Below are positions 18,936 to 29,362 of a stretch of DNA of 64,000 nt, in pieces; position 1 is the stretch's first letter; each line of letters starts with the position of its first letter. The notes below the pieces were generated by a model. That model did not search any database, was not told the origin of the DNA, and saw nothing but the letters and a program-made list of their open reading frames with translations. Source of the DNA: Thermoplasmata archaeon (lineage in GTDB: Archaea; Thermoplasmatota; Thermoplasmata; RBG-16-68-12; JAFNFQ01); contig JBGPQV010000005.1 in NCBI GenBank assembly GCA_041489255.1, positions 32,001-96,000 on the forward strand, in the 5' to 3' direction. The position numbers were made by a program, and so were the translations under genes.

Positions 18936-20151
18936 AGCGAAGCGCCTCCGCGGGTTTCAGCTTCGTCGCCTTGATGACCGGGTACAGCGAACCGACCACT
19001 CCGAGCAGAATCGCCAGGCCGAGCGTGATAATCATCATGTCGGGCTGCAGCGCGAGGCCCATCCTAGCCACGAAGATCCCGGCCGGTCCGCCGCTCGGGG
19101 GCCCGCCCCCAGACGGGCTAGCACCTGTGCCGCCGCCCAAGACCAAGGTCGTTATCGACGGCCCTGCGATCAAGACGACGACCAGGCTCACGATGAAACC
19201 GAAGATCGCCAGCGTGACGGACTCGATGATGAACTGCCCGACGATGCTGGAACTCTTGAACCCGATCGCCTTCAGGACGCCAATCTCCCTCGTCCTCTCT
19301 CTCGCGATCAGTATCATGATGAAAGTCATGACCGCCACGCCGGTCAGCAGGGAGAGCCATAGCCCGGTCGCGCTGCTCGCCGCGATGCTGTTGAGCGAGC
19401 TCTGCATCTGAGAGGCGAAGGCAGATGCCGGGACGATGTCGTAGTCGTCCCCTAGGGTGCTTCTCAGGGAATCCACGACGTAGTCGACGTTCCCCGCGAA
19501 GTTGACATTCACGTACATCATGTTCATTCCGCTGATCTGGTACACCCGCTTCGCGGTCTGGTAAGGTATTATCAGAGCGGTGTCGCCGAAGCGGTTTCCG
19601 GTGGTGAATATCCCCACGACCTGGACGGACGTCCCGTTCAGGGTGACTGTGCCATACAAGCCGACAGCCTTGTCCTCCGAATAGCCCGACCCGATCAGTG
19701 CGACATTCGCATTCGCGTCTCCGGAGTTCAATGTCCTTCCGTCCGTGAGCGACATCGACCCCCCGCCGAAGAGCACTAGGGGTTGGCTCGGATCCTGACC
19801 CTGCACCATCGTCGGTCTCGCGCCCGTGCCGGGCTGCCCCATCTCGCCCTCCATATGTGTTATGACCGTCTGCACCGACACGACATGCGCCATCCTTTGA
19901 ACCGTCGGGACGATACTCTCGTCCATCGTAGCCTCATTGGAGAACCCGAAGCCGCCAAAACTGCCTGCAGGGCGCACGGTGACCTCGGTGTCAGATGTCT
20001 GCGATATGTCCCTCGCCCTGTTCGAGATGTCGGCGTTCACCGTCGACATCGCCATGAAGACCCCCAGGCAGAAGCCTATGATTAGGATCACAGATACGCT
20101 TCTGACCTTCTTCCTGAACACGTTTCTTACAGCTCTGCTGGCTACTCCCAT
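18928..20151 (-). CDS. MacB/FtsX-family ABC permease
   Basis: ERTREIGVLKAIG and [11 protein letters not shown]; TM + extracellular domain + 3 TM. Confidence 0.92.
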   Translation of the reverse strand: MGVASRAVRNVFRKKVRSVSVILIIGFCLGVFMAMSTVNADISNRARDISQTSDTEVTVRPAGSFGGFGFSNEATMDESIVPTVQRMAHVVSVQTVITHMEGEMGQPGTGARPTMVQGQDPSQPLVLFGGGSMSLTDGRTLNSGDANANVALIGSGYSEDKAVGLYGTVTLNGTSVQVVGIFTTGNRFGDTALIIPYQTAKRVYQISGMNMMYVNVNFAGNVDYVVDSLRSTLGDDYDIVPASAFASQMQSSLNSIAASSATGLWLSLLTGVAVMTFIMILIARERTREIGVLKAIGFKSSSIVGQFIIESVTLAIFGFIVSLVVVLIAGPSITTLVLGGGTGASPSGGGPPSGGPAGIFVARMGLALQPDMMIITLGLAILLGVVGSLYPVIKATKLKPAEALRYE

Positions 20152-20250
20152 TTCTGCAACCTCCCTTAGAGCGAATGTCCCTCTCCAATAATGTTCGCTA
20201 AGTCAGTCAAGACGCACTCAACCCCCTAGTCTGGGTGGAAATCCGCCGGT

Positions 20251-21048
20251 TCAAATCCCAGGCGGTGGACTCCTGGTTCCCGGACATGGCTGCTGTGGAG
20301 GAGGATTCCCTTCCCCTCCTCGCGGTGGATGTCTTGGCGGCTGATTCAAGTCCCCGGACGGGGGAGGGCAGGGGGGTTGGGGACCTGAGTCGTGCTGGCG
20401 TGGCGGTGGTGGGTTGCCCACCAGAACGACCGCATGACCGACGATGTGCTCTCCATCATAGTCTGTTACGACGGTGATGCAAGCGACACCGTTCGCAGTC
20501 GCGGTGAACAGACCGTTCTCGTCAATCGTGTCGACCGTTGGGATTGTGTCGTTCGCGTTGAGTGGTGGATTCGGCGGGGTCAGGGTCTCGACAGTCCAAT
20601 TGTAGGTGAGCCCCGAGATTGACTGGTTGTCCGCATCGTAGGCCTGCGCGGTTAAATGCTGCGTCGCGTTCACGTCAAGCCAGACGAACCTGGGTTCGAC
20701 GACTGTGTAGCTGGACGGTCCCGGCGACGTGCCTGTCCCGTTTGGCGGTGGCGGTGGTCTGGGCGGCGGGCTGGTGTTGTTGTAGCCTATCATGGGGGGT
20801 GGATTTGCCATGCAAATCAGAGGAGGAGGAAACTGATCATTTCCCATCGTGCCGTTGCCAGAACTCAGGTCGTCTCCCGTCCCCGCGCCGGAAGCGTCGT
20901 TGCCGCTTGCCGAGTTAAGGAACGAGATGCTGAGCGCGCTCACGAGAAGAAGGCAGGTGATCAAGGTGGCCAACGCGGTCTTGCCGTGACTCCCGAGCCT
21001 CTCCTCGCTTTCCAGCTCACTTTCCTTCTTCCTCAATGTCCATCTCAT
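20251..21048 (-). CDS. Pro-rich secreted protein with Ig-like (Big_2-like) domain
   Basis: Signal/TM; TQHLTAQAYD..TIDENGLFTA; poly-Pro tracts; SD AAGGTGAGG. Confidence 0.7.
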   Translation of the reverse strand: MRWTLRKKESELESEERLGSHGKTALATLITCLLLVSALSISFLNSASGNDASGAGTGDDLSSGNGTMGNDQFPPPLICMANPPPMIGYNNTSPPPRPPPPPNGTGTSPGPSSYTVVEPRFVWLDVNATQHLTAQAYDADNQSISGLTYNWTVETLTPPNPPLNANDTIPTVDTIDENGLFTATANGVACITVVTDYDGEHIVGHAVVLVGNPPPPRQHDSGPQPPCPPPSGDLNQPPRHPPRGGEGNPPPQQPCPGTRSPPPGI

Positions 21049-21093
21049 TTCCTCACCTTGTGTGTGCGTTCACGAGTCCTCTTTACGGGTGGA

Positions 21094-21140
21094 CTTGATA
21101 AGCCGTTTTGCCGCAATCGTTCCCAAATTCAACCCGAATC
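21094..21140 (-). promoter_or_regulatory. promoter with ~11-bp-phased GA(A)TT(T)GGG-like repeats upstream of BRE/TATA
   Basis: Minus strand GATTCGGGTT GAATTTGGGAAC GATTGCGGC AAAACGGC TTATCAAG; 21/29 nt identical to 21607-21635. Confidence 0.55.
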
Positions 21141-21151
21141 AGGGATTGATG

Positions 21152-21574
21152 CTACTCTAGGCTCAGATAGAGGAGGACGACGAGAGCCGCGGTGGCGAAG
21201 ATGTCGGGCAACATCGCGAATGGGCCAAGCCCGAAGGCCTGGAAGCCGAACAGGGTCTGCAAGAGCGGATTAGAGGTCAGCGCATAAAGCAGCAGGACCA
21301 GCATGACCATGACGAGCCCGAGTGTGAACTTCGACTTGACCTTGCGGTAGAGGTTCGAGTAGATGACCATGAGCGAGATGAGAAGAACGATGTTCACGAT
21401 AGAAATCACCGTCTTCGCGGTGTAGAACAGTTCGAAGTCGCCGGGTGGCAGAGGCGGAGGTCGTTGCGGCGGTTGCGGTCTCGAGAGAGGGAACACAGCA
21501 GTCAGCACGACACCCAGAAGTACAGCCACCAACACAAGAATCAAGATTAATCCAACGCCCGCAATCCTTCTCAT
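21152..21574 (-). CDS. small 4-TM membrane protein partnered with ArsR
   Basis: Hydrophobic ORF overlapping the ArsR stop; KSKFTLGL and SNPLL motifs. Confidence 0.8.
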   Translation of the reverse strand: MRRIAGVGLILILVLVAVLLGVVLTAVFPLSRPQPPQRPPPLPPGDFELFYTAKTVISIVNIVLLISLMVIYSNLYRKVKSKFTLGLVMVMLVLLLYALTSNPLLQTLFGFQAFGLGPFAMLPDIFATAALVVLLYLSLE

Positions 21575-21903
21575 GTCCTCACCTTTCTATCCGCTTCCTC
21601 ATTGATGCCGTTTTTCCCAATTCTCGCCCATATTCGATTGAAGAACTCGTAATTCTCCTCAAGCAAAGTGGAGAGGTTGTACATCTTGCCGTACCTGCCC
21701 CCCATCGATGTGATTAACCCGTTCTTCTCCAAGAGACCCAGGTGGTGCCTGACCGTTTTATAGTCCATGCCCAGTCTCTCCGCGAGCTGATTCGCGTTAT
21801 AGGGACGATCATTCAGAGCATGCACGATCCTCGCTCTGCTTGGCCCCCCCGCGCTACCGGCGAACAACCACCAGAGCAGTCTTTCAATCGTTTTCATCGT
21901 CAA
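21571..21903 (-). CDS. ArsR-like winged-helix transcriptional regulator (archaeal)
   Basis: LWWLFAGSAGGPSRARI...PYNANQLAERLGMDYKTVRHHL. Confidence 0.9.
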   Translation of the reverse strand: MTMKTIERLLWWLFAGSAGGPSRARIVHALNDRPYNANQLAERLGMDYKTVRHHLGLLEKNGLITSMGGRYGKMYNLSTLLEENYEFFNRIWARIGKNGINEEADRKVRT

Positions 21904-22281
21904 TCATCGACTCTATCGATTCTTCAGAGACTCCATTGGCAGGCTGGCCTTCTGGTGGACGGATACGGACGCAGCTCCTCGTTCCAGGTTGCGTCTGTCT
22001 GGTTCCATGCGGTGTGCTCTGGCGGGTCATGTCGCCGCTCAACTCGACCGTGCGTTTTTCACCGATAACCGCGAAATGCCGCACACCTCATCAGCTTTCT
22101 GCCCGTGCGGGGCTCTGGAGGCATCGTCACTCCCGATTCTGACCCTAATCTCATCTTCTGGATTGCATTCGTCGACTCGCAGCGGCGGAGCAGGAACCCG
22201 ATTCGACATGACGATTTTTCGATCATCTTGAGCAACCGTTCCGCTCTGGGCTGCGCTATTCAGCAGGTTTCTTGGCATGGG

Positions 22282-22812
22282 TCACAGAACGTCGGGAGGA
22301 TATCTCCTCTTGATGGGCGGCTGAAGGAGGTTGTGCATAGAACTCAACTGAAGGAGGTTGTGAAAAGCACCCACGGGAGAGAAGACGATTCCCGCCCCGA
22401 GGATTGCCCGGGCGAGGTTGGGATTCTCCTGGGATTCGACATCGGAGAATTCCCCGCCAAGCATCCGGACGGCCTTCTCAATCTCTCCAAGATCGAACCA
22501 TACACCCTTGCATTTGGCGCATACATCCAGCTTGATGTCCCCGACCGGGCGGTTCACCATCTTCCGCCCACAATGCGGACAGGCGAGGCTTGAGTCTCCT
22601 CCTGCATATTCGACAACCATCCGCTCGATCTCTCGACTGCCGGATATCTTCGTGATCTCTCCCTTGTCGAACCATGCCCCGCCGCACTTGGGACACACAT
22701 CAAGCTGAAACTGGCCCTTCCGCCCCTGGACAGACTCGAGGAGCACCTCCTTTCCATCGCGCGGGCATCGAAGCGCTTCCGCCACGACCATGAAAGGCAC
22801 ATCCGGATGCAT
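22282..22812 (-). CDS. tandem zf-TFIIB-type zinc finger protein
   Basis: CPRD..LDVCPKCGGAWFDKGE and CPHC..LDVCAKCKGVWFDLGE; start 22812 or 22791. Confidence 0.85.
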   Translation of the reverse strand: MHPDVPFMVVAEALRCPRDGKEVLLESVQGRKGQFQLDVCPKCGGAWFDKGEITKISGSREIERMVVEYAGGDSSLACPHCGRKMVNRPVGDIKLDVCAKCKGVWFDLGEIEKAVRMLGGEFSDVESQENPNLARAILGAGIVFSPVGAFHNLLQLSSMHNLLQPPIKRRYPPDVL

Positions 22813-22898
22813 AAGTCTTCCTGTCGAGCCATCCCTGAATTGTCCGCATCCGCCTCTCTCTGAAAGATTTATGAGTGCACCGCCATTAGGAGAGGACC

Positions 22899-22969
22899 GC
22901 GGCTGTAGTCTAATGGCAGGACTTGAGCTTCCCAAGCTCACAACGCGGGTTCGATTCCCGCCAGCCGCA
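22899..22969 (+). tRNA. tRNA-Gly (anticodon CCC), intronless, CCA not encoded
   Basis: Acceptor stem GCGGCTG/CAGCCGC, anticodon arm TGAGC-TTCCCAA-GCTCA, T-arm GCGGG-TTCGATT-CCCGC; TTTATGA TATA-like element ~25-30 nt upstream. Confidence 0.96.
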
Positions 22970-23066
22970 CTCTCGTTAAGGAACCTTCAATCAGATTGAA
23001 GATGGAAGGCTTTGCCCGGGAGACCGCTGCCTTCCTGTTCCGCCGTTCTTTCCTCGGCTGGTGTAA

Positions 23067-23462
23067 CTAGACCGCCATCGAGGCGAACAGCAGGGCGGCT
23101 AGGATGAGCACGCCGAGCTTCTGCATGTCGGTGAGTCTCTTGCTGCCGATGCCCCATATCGCTGCTGGGCCCGCGATGCCGAAGGCCCCGAAGGCCCACA
23201 GGAGCTGTCCAATCCTTATGTTATCGATGCTCCCACCTGCGAATATGAGCACCGCCCTACCCACGAACATCAGGATGGCGCCAATCAGGACTATGAAGAT
23301 GAGGAATGTCTTCCTCATCATTTCACCGAAGTCCGTCGGTTGCGCTGGCGGCATGTATTGCTGTCCGTAAGTCGGCGGCATCTGCTGCCCGTAGGTCGGT
23401 GGCATCTGCTCTGGCGCACCAGTCCCAGGCTGTATGTTTCCTCCGGCCATAGGAATCGGCAC
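23067..23462 (-). CDS. small membrane protein with Gln/Pro-rich N-terminus
   Basis: QMPPTYGQ repeats followed by 3 TM. Confidence 0.75.
   Translation of the reverse strand: MPIPMAGGNIQPGTGAPEQMPPTYGQQMPPTYGQQYMPPAQPTDFGEMMRKTFLIFIVLIGAILMFVGRAVLIFAGGSIDNIRIGQLLWAFGAFGIAGPAAIWGIGSKRLTDMQKLGVLILAALLFASMAV
23347..23410 (-). repeat. ~24-nt tandem repeat encoding QMPPTYGQ
   Basis: QMPPTYGQ-QMPPTYGQ-QYMPP. Confidence 0.7.
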
Positions 23463-23510
23463 ATACTTCGCTTTGCATACTTAAAGGTTGATGCTTCTGG
23501 AGGGAACGGG

Positions 23511-23870
23511 TCAGTGGAACTCTCTGCGGATGAGCAGCAGGTAGACCAGCAGCACCACGGCGACGAGTAGGGTGCAGATGTTGTAGGCTTGCGTGAGGAA
23601 CGGAAGGACGAGTATGGCCACGAGGGCCAGGATCGACAGGACCCACGCCCACATCCTGAGGTTCCAGAGCCCCAGCCCGGCCACGATCAAGATGATGCCG
23701 AATACGGTGAAGATGGCTCCAGTCAGAAAGACCATCCCCGCGGGGATTCCGAACCCGGGCAAGGACGCCAAGAACGCGCTGCCGATCAAGAACAGGATGC
23801 CCGCGATGAGAACGAGCACTCCGAAGAGAATGATCAGTATTGCCAGAATCGAAACGCCAATCGGTCGCAT
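23511..23870 (-). CDS. small 4-TM membrane protein
   Basis: MRPIGVSILAIL...GLWNLRMWAW...REF; SD GGAGGT before ATG 23870. Confidence 0.8.
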   Translation of the reverse strand: MRPIGVSILAILIILFGVLVLIAGILFLIGSAFLASLPGFGIPAGMVFLTGAIFTVFGIILIVAGLGLWNLRMWAWVLSILALVAILVLPFLTQAYNICTLLVAVVLLVYLLLIRREFH

Positions 23871-24115
23871 GTCAGACCTCCAATGTTCTTGTTCACCCCG
23901 ATGAGTCACCCGCCATAAAGCTATTGGCAATCATTTGCGCCCGCCATTTTCCATTTTGTTGATGGACCGCCACTTGCGGCGGTATGGTTTCATCGCGCTA
24001 TCCACCTCGACCGGCATGGTCAAAGGATGGAGAGATTTCGGAAAGTGTCACCGCATCCGAACATCTGCCGCCCATATCCGAATACCTTTATACCGAGGTG
24101 TCCTAGGGTACACCG

Positions 24116-26887
24116 ATGCCCGAGGCCTGGTACAACCTCAGCGTCGAGGAGACGCTGAACAAGCTTGGGTCGTCTGCGTCAGGCTTGAGCAACGAAGAGG
24201 CGAGAAGACGTCTCGAACGCTACGGGCCGAACGAGCTCGTCCGCACCCGCCGGAAGTCGCCTATCGTCATGTTCCTGAGCCAGTTCAACAACCTGCTCAT
24301 CATGATTCTGATCATCGCCGCCGCCCTCTCGGCCGCGCTTGACGAATGGATCAACGCGGTGGTCATCCTGATTATCGTGTTCCTGAACGCCGTTCTCGGA
24401 TTCGTCCAAGAGAATCGCGCGGAGAACGCCCTAGAAGCGCTGAAGGTCCTGGCGGCTCCCAGGTGCCGCGCGCTTCGGAACAAGGAACCGCACACGATTG
24501 AGACCAAGGATTTGGTGCCGGGCGACGTCGTCCTGCTAGCGGCGGGGGACAAGGTCCCTGCCGACCTCCGGCTGATGGATACCGCGGGTCTGAGGGTCAA
24601 CGAGGCGCCTCTGACCGGGGAGTCGGTCCCCATCACCAAGACCACAGAGCCCGTGAGGGGCGAGGTGTTCCTGGGCGACCAGAGGAACATGTGCTTCCTC
24701 GGATGCACCGTCGAGGCGGGCAGGGGCACTGGTGTCGTCACGAGCACCGGAATGGCGACCCAGCTCGGCAAGATTGCCGGGCTGGTTCAGGCCGAGCCGG
24801 CGACCCAGACGCCGATGCAGAAGCAGCTGGCCAAGCTGGCCCGGCAGCTGGGCATCGCGATTCTCGGGCTGGTCATCGTAATCTTCGTCATAGAGTACGT
24901 CCGCCTCGGGACCGCTTCGGACATCGTTGAGCTATTCCTGACATCGGTGAGCCTCGCGGTCGCAGCGATTCCCGAGGGCCTGCCCGCGGTCGTCACGATA
25001 AGCCTGGCGCTCGGCCTGCAGAGGATGGCAAAGCGGAACGCGCTGGTCAGGCGGCTGGCCGCTGCCGAAACGCTCGGGAGCGCATCGGTCATCTGCACAG
25101 ACAAGACCGGCACCCTCACGAGGGGCGAGATGAACGTGGTGATGATATACTCCGGCGGCGTGGACTACCGGGTCGAGGGAGAGGGCTTCAGCCCAGAGGG
25201 CCGCGTGACCCGAGAAGGAAAAACGGCGGATATCTCCAGCATGCGCGAACTCGAGATCCTTCTGAAGGCGGGTCTGCTGTGCAACGACGCCTCGCTGGGG
25301 AAGACCGAGAAGGCTTGGACGGTGACCGGGGACACCACCGAGGGTGCGCTGCTGGTGGCCGGCATGCGTGCCGGCCTGAGCAAGGAGGTCCTTGAGTCCG
25401 AATCGCCCAGGGTCGCGGAGATCGCTTTTACGTCAGAACGGAAGATGATGAGCACGGTCCACATACGCAGGGACTTGGCCGTCGAGCGAGGGCTCGATGC
25501 GCTCCCCGAGGCTGAACGTCTCAGCCGCCTCAAGGAAATTCCGGGCAAGACCGTCTTCGTCAAAGGCGCCCCTGAGAGGGTCGTGAGGGCATGCGACTTC
25601 ATCATGAAGGATGGCAAGGTGGGGCTGCTAATTGATGCCGAGAGGCACGAGCTTACCTACAGGAATCAGGAGATGGCGGCGAAAGGGCTCAGGGTTTTGG
25701 GCATCGCCTACAGGGAGCTCCCGGACCACTTCCCCGATTTCTCGGAGAAAGAGCTCGAGAGCAAGCTTACCTTCCTGGGTTTCGTAGGGATGATGGACAC
25801 GCCGCGCAAGGACGCCGTGGATGCCCTCAAGGAGTGCCAGAGGGCGGGCATCACTGTGGTGATGATAACCGGGGACCACAAGCTGACCGCCATGGCGGTC
25901 GCGGCGGACATGGGCATCCTCTCGAAAGGTCAGAAGGCCCTCACCGGCGAGGAACTCGGCAAGCTGACGGACGAGGAGTTGCACGAGACAGTCGAGGACG
26001 TGAGGGTGTACGCGAGAGTGTCCCCAGAGGACAAGATGCGCATCCTGAAGGCCTGGAAGAAGAGGGGGCGGATCGTCGTCATGACCGGGGACGGGGTGAA
26101 CGACGCGCCCGCGTTGAGGAGTTCCGATCTCGGGGTGGCAATGGGCGTCACCGGGACCGATGTCGCCAAGGAAAGCGCGGACATGGTGCTGACCGACGAC
26201 AACTTCGCCTCGATCGTCGGCGCCGTGGAGGAAGGGCGCGGCATCTACCAGAACATCCGCAAGTTCGTCCGCTATCTGCTGAGCACGAACTCGGGCGAGG
26301 TCATGACGATATTCGCCGCCGCGTTGCTCTTCATGCCGCTGCCCTTGGTGCCGCTCCAGATATTGTGGATCAACTTAGTCACGGACGGCCTGCCCGCCGT
26401 GGCCCTTGGCGTGGAGCCGAAGGAAAGGGGTCTTATGCGCCAGAAACCGCGGAACCCCAGAGCGGGCATCCTTTCGGGTGGCATGGCTTTCCATATAGTC
26501 TGGGTCGGCACACTAATGACAGTTGGCACGCTCGCGATGTTTTCGTGGACATTGAGTTTCCGTGACATCAAAGAGGCCCGGACCTTGGTTTTCTACACGC
26601 TCACCATGTTCCAGATGTTCCACGTGCTTGCCATACGAGTCGAACGCGAGTCAGTCTTCACGGTCGGCTTCTTCGCCAACAAGTTCCTAATCGCGGCGGT
26701 GCTCTCGACGATCGCCTTGCAGTTCATGGTAATATACGTGCCATTCTTCCAGGGGCCGTTTGAGACTCGAGCTCTGCCTCTGGAGGAACTGCTTATTGCC
26801 ACGCTCGTTGCGAGTTCGGTCTTCTTCGCGGTGGAGTTGGAGAAGTTGAGGCGCCGACGCGTCGAGGAAAGGCAAACGATGGGATGA
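24116..26887 (+). CDS. cation-translocating P-type ATPase (type IIA, Ca2+-like)
   Basis: [49 protein letters not shown]; CTTTATA ~25 nt upstream. Confidence 0.96.
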   Translation: MPEAWYNLSVEETLNKLGSSASGLSNEEARRRLERYGPNELVRTRRKSPIVMFLSQFNNLLIMILIIAAALSAALDEWINAVVILIIVFLNAVLGFVQENRAENALEALKVLAAPRCRALRNKEPHTIETKDLVPGDVVLLAAGDKVPADLRLMDTAGLRVNEAPLTGESVPITKTTEPVRGEVFLGDQRNMCFLGCTVEAGRGTGVVTSTGMATQLGKIAGLVQAEPATQTPMQKQLAKLARQLGIAILGLVIVIFVIEYVRLGTASDIVELFLTSVSLAVAAIPEGLPAVVTISLALGLQRMAKRNALVRRLAAAETLGSASVICTDKTGTLTRGEMNVVMIYSGGVDYRVEGEGFSPEGRVTREGKTADISSMRELEILLKAGLLCNDASLGKTEKAWTVTGDTTEGALLVAGMRAGLSKEVLESESPRVAEIAFTSERKMMSTVHIRRDLAVERGLDALPEAERLSRLKEIPGKTVFVKGAPERVVRACDFIMKDGKVGLLIDAERHELTYRNQEMAAKGLRVLGIAYRELPDHFPDFSEKELESKLTFLGFVGMMDTPRKDAVDALKECQRAGITVVMITGDHKLTAMAVAADMGILSKGQKALTGEELGKLTDEELHETVEDVRVYARVSPEDKMRILKAWKKRGRIVVMTGDGVNDAPALRSSDLGVAMGVTGTDVAKESADMVLTDDNFASIVGAVEEGRGIYQNIRKFVRYLLSTNSGEVMTIFAAALLFMPLPLVPLQILWINLVTDGLPAVALGVEPKERGLMRQKPRNPRAGILSGGMAFHIVWVGTLMTVGTLAMFSWTLSFRDIKEARTLVFYTLTMFQMFHVLAIRVERESVFTVGFFANKFLIAAVLSTIALQFMVIYVPFFQGPFETRALPLEELLIATLVASSVFFAVELEKLRRRRVEERQTMG

Positions 26888-27930
26888 ACGTGCCGACCGG
26901 ACCTGGCTTTGTTGAGATTGACGGCTCTCACGGCGAGGGCGGAGGGCAGCTGCTCAGGACCGCGGTCGCGCTCTCCGCGATAACGGGAAGAGCTGTGCGC
27001 GTCAAGGCGATAAGGGCTGGGCGGGAGAGGCCCGGGCTCCAGGCACAGCATCTGAAAGGCGTGGAGGCTGTCGCGACCCTGTGCGGCGCGAAGCTTCATG
27101 GCGCGAATTTAGGCTCGACGGACCTGATGTTCGAGCCGGGCAGCATCCGGCCGCAGCCGATAAGAATCGATGTGGGCACGGCGGGGGCGGTCTCGCTCGT
27201 GCTCCAGGCCCTCGTGCTGGCGGCGGGGAGGGCTGAAGGGAAGACCGCCGTCGAGCTGATCGGAGGGACGCACGTCGCTTGGAGCCCGCCAATGGACTAC
27301 TTCAAGGAGGTCTTCTGCCGTCATTTGAAGTCCATAGGTGTCGAGGTCGAAGTGAGGATTCTCGCGCATGGTTTCTATCCGAGGGGCGGGGGCCGCGTGC
27401 AAGTGGAGATCGAAGGTTCGGATAAATGGAGACCAATGGAATCGGATTCGCCGGGCGCGGTGCAGAGCATCGCAGCGAGATCCGTCGCATCCGAGGAATT
27501 GAGGAACGCGCGGGTCGCCGAGAGACAGATGGAGGCGTTCAAATCGATTCTACCGGCGGCGGTTCCGGAGGAGGTGGCCTATGTCCGAAGCCTTTCGACG
27601 GGTTCGGCGGTCTTCGGCCGTGCGGACTGCGCATCGGCATTCCTGGGCGCGGATTCGCTGGGGAAGAGAGGAGTCAGGGCCGAGGATGTCGGCAAAGAGG
27701 CGGCCATGAAGCTGAAGGCCGAAATCGACGGCGGGGCATCTCTCGACATGCACGCCGCCGACATGATGATACCGTATCTGGCGCTCGCATCGCAACCTTC
27801 CTCCTTCACGGTGAGGGAAATGAGCGATCATCTGACGTCTGTGCAGTGGCTCGTCCGTCAGTTCATCGATGTGGAATTCGAATCGGAAAGAAAGGGGAAT
27901 CTGCACAGGATTTCTGTGAGGCCACGGTAA
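26884..27930 (+). CDS. rtcA: RNA 3'-terminal phosphate cyclase
   Basis: IDGSHGEGGGQLLR, RPGLQAQH, GFYPRGGG, DMHAAD (catalytic His). Confidence 0.95.
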   Translation: MNVPTGPGFVEIDGSHGEGGGQLLRTAVALSAITGRAVRVKAIRAGRERPGLQAQHLKGVEAVATLCGAKLHGANLGSTDLMFEPGSIRPQPIRIDVGTAGAVSLVLQALVLAAGRAEGKTAVELIGGTHVAWSPPMDYFKEVFCRHLKSIGVEVEVRILAHGFYPRGGGRVQVEIEGSDKWRPMESDSPGAVQSIAARSVASEELRNARVAERQMEAFKSILPAAVPEEVAYVRSLSTGSAVFGRADCASAFLGADSLGKRGVRAEDVGKEAAMKLKAEIDGGASLDMHAADMMIPYLALASQPSSFTVREMSDHLTSVQWLVRQFIDVEFESERKGNLHRISVRPR

Positions 27931-27945
27931 GGCAGCTGCAGGCCT

Positions 27946-28707
27946 TCAACCGTACATGCTCGGCCTGATTGGCTGCGTGGGCTTCTTGGCCGCCTCGGTC
28001 TGGTCATGAATCGACTTGAGCTGCATCTCAATTCTCTCCGCCTCTTCGTACAATGGCTTCGCATCCAGCCTCGTGTGGAGAAGCAGCTTGTTGATGGTCT
28101 CGATGACCCTCGCGGCCGCTCGCGCGTCAGGGTATTCCGGGTGTGCCTCGGACAGGAGCGTGACGACGTCGAAGTCCTTCTTGCGCCCTTCGTTGAGGAG
28201 AACGCCCGCGACACCCGTTATGACGCCTTCCTCGAATATCGTGACCTTGTTCTTCCTGAGAAGTTCCATTGAACTCTCGGTCGACCCTATGCCATAGACC
28301 TCGATTTCCCTCTCGCCGGGAGCATCCTCCGAGTCTACGATGAGACCCTCCGGGCACACGAGGAGATTGCACTTCTGGTCAAGCGCCCAGTCCAGGACGG
28401 TCGACGCTATCTCCTTCACGAGGTTCGGCGGGGGCTGGAACTCGCTGATGAAGACGACAAGCTGGTCCGCTCCCTCCTGCTTCGGTCCCGCATAGATTCG
28501 CACGGGGTTCATCGGCTCGCCGTTCCTGACGAGCGAGACAGTCGGGAAGTAGGCCGAATCCATGATTCCTATCTGCTGAAGGCCCAGGGCGTTGATGAGA
28601 TAGTTCGCCACGATGGACGACACGAGACCGACGCTCGGGAAGCCGTCGATCACCGTCGCGTCCCGCAAATCCATCCGTTTCAGTTCATAAATCTGGATTC
28701 CTTCCAT
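27946..28707 (-). CDS. PAC2-family proteasome assembly chaperone
   Basis: IDGFPSVGLVSSI, NPVRIY, YPDARAAA, C-terminal MYG motif. Confidence 0.92.
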   Translation of the reverse strand: MEGIQIYELKRMDLRDATVIDGFPSVGLVSSIVANYLINALGLQQIGIMDSAYFPTVSLVRNGEPMNPVRIYAGPKQEGADQLVVFISEFQPPPNLVKEIASTVLDWALDQKCNLLVCPEGLIVDSEDAPGEREIEVYGIGSTESSMELLRKNKVTIFEEGVITGVAGVLLNEGRKKDFDVVTLLSEAHPEYPDARAAARVIETINKLLLHTRLDAKPLYEEAERIEMQLKSIHDQTEAAKKPTQPIRPSMYG

Positions 28708-28788
28708 GGCACCGAGGCTATCCAAAGCGGGGGTTTTAAAGGTATCTTTGTGAGTCTCGGTATCGAGACATACATCTAGCCTCGCTGG

Positions 28789-29214
28789 CTAGGTCGCCTC
28801 GATGATTCTGTGCGAGGCCGTTATGGTCGCCCCCCCGCGTACGACCGAATTGGTCGCGGAGCAGTACTTCTCGTGGGACAGGCGGATCGCCGTCGCAATC
28901 GCTTTCTCTTTGAGCCCCTTGCCGGCGACCAAGTATTCGATGTGGATCTTGGTGAACATCTTGGGATCCGTCGAAGCCCTCTCGGCCTGCAGGTGGAGCT
29001 CGAGCCTCTGCAGCTGGACGCGCTGCTTCCTGAGGATCCACACGACGTCCGAGGCGGTGCATGCCCCAATCCCAATGAGCATCAATTCCATCGGCCCGGG
29101 ACCGATCCTTTCCCCCTCGTGACCTTCCTCGGGGACATCGACCACGATGCCGCATTTCGAATCGCCGCTCGCGATGAACCTCATGTCCTTGATCCACGTG
29201 ACCTCCGCCTTCAT
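28789..29214 (-). CDS. OsmC/YhfA family protein
   Basis: GPGPMEL..IGACTASDV; SHEKYCS. Confidence 0.92.
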   Translation of the reverse strand: MKAEVTWIKDMRFIASGDSKCGIVVDVPEEGHEGERIGPGPMELMLIGIGACTASDVVWILRKQRVQLQRLELHLQAERASTDPKMFTKIHIEYLVAGKGLKEKAIATAIRLSHEKYCSATNSVVRGGATITASHRIIEAT

Positions 29215-29362
29215 TTTTCACACCGTCGAAGGTCAAGGCGGTGGGGATATTTCTGCCTTCTATTCCGGGGGACATTGGACAAGGCTTAAAGACGCCGCAT
29301 GGATTCCAGTCGCCGGCGGAACACCGCCAGCGAGCTTGCTTGCACAGGAGCCGTGATCCAAA

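Noticed and set aside
20244-20266. GGTTCAAATCCC resembling a tRNA T-loop or att site
   Set aside because: The T-stem does not pair, there is no cloverleaf, and it overlaps a stop codon
21904-22281. Short ORFs between ArsR and the zinc-finger gene
   Set aside because: No motifs or coherent codon bias
22899-22969. tRNA-Gly as an integration site
   Set aside because: No integrase and no duplicated tRNA 3' end seen in the window
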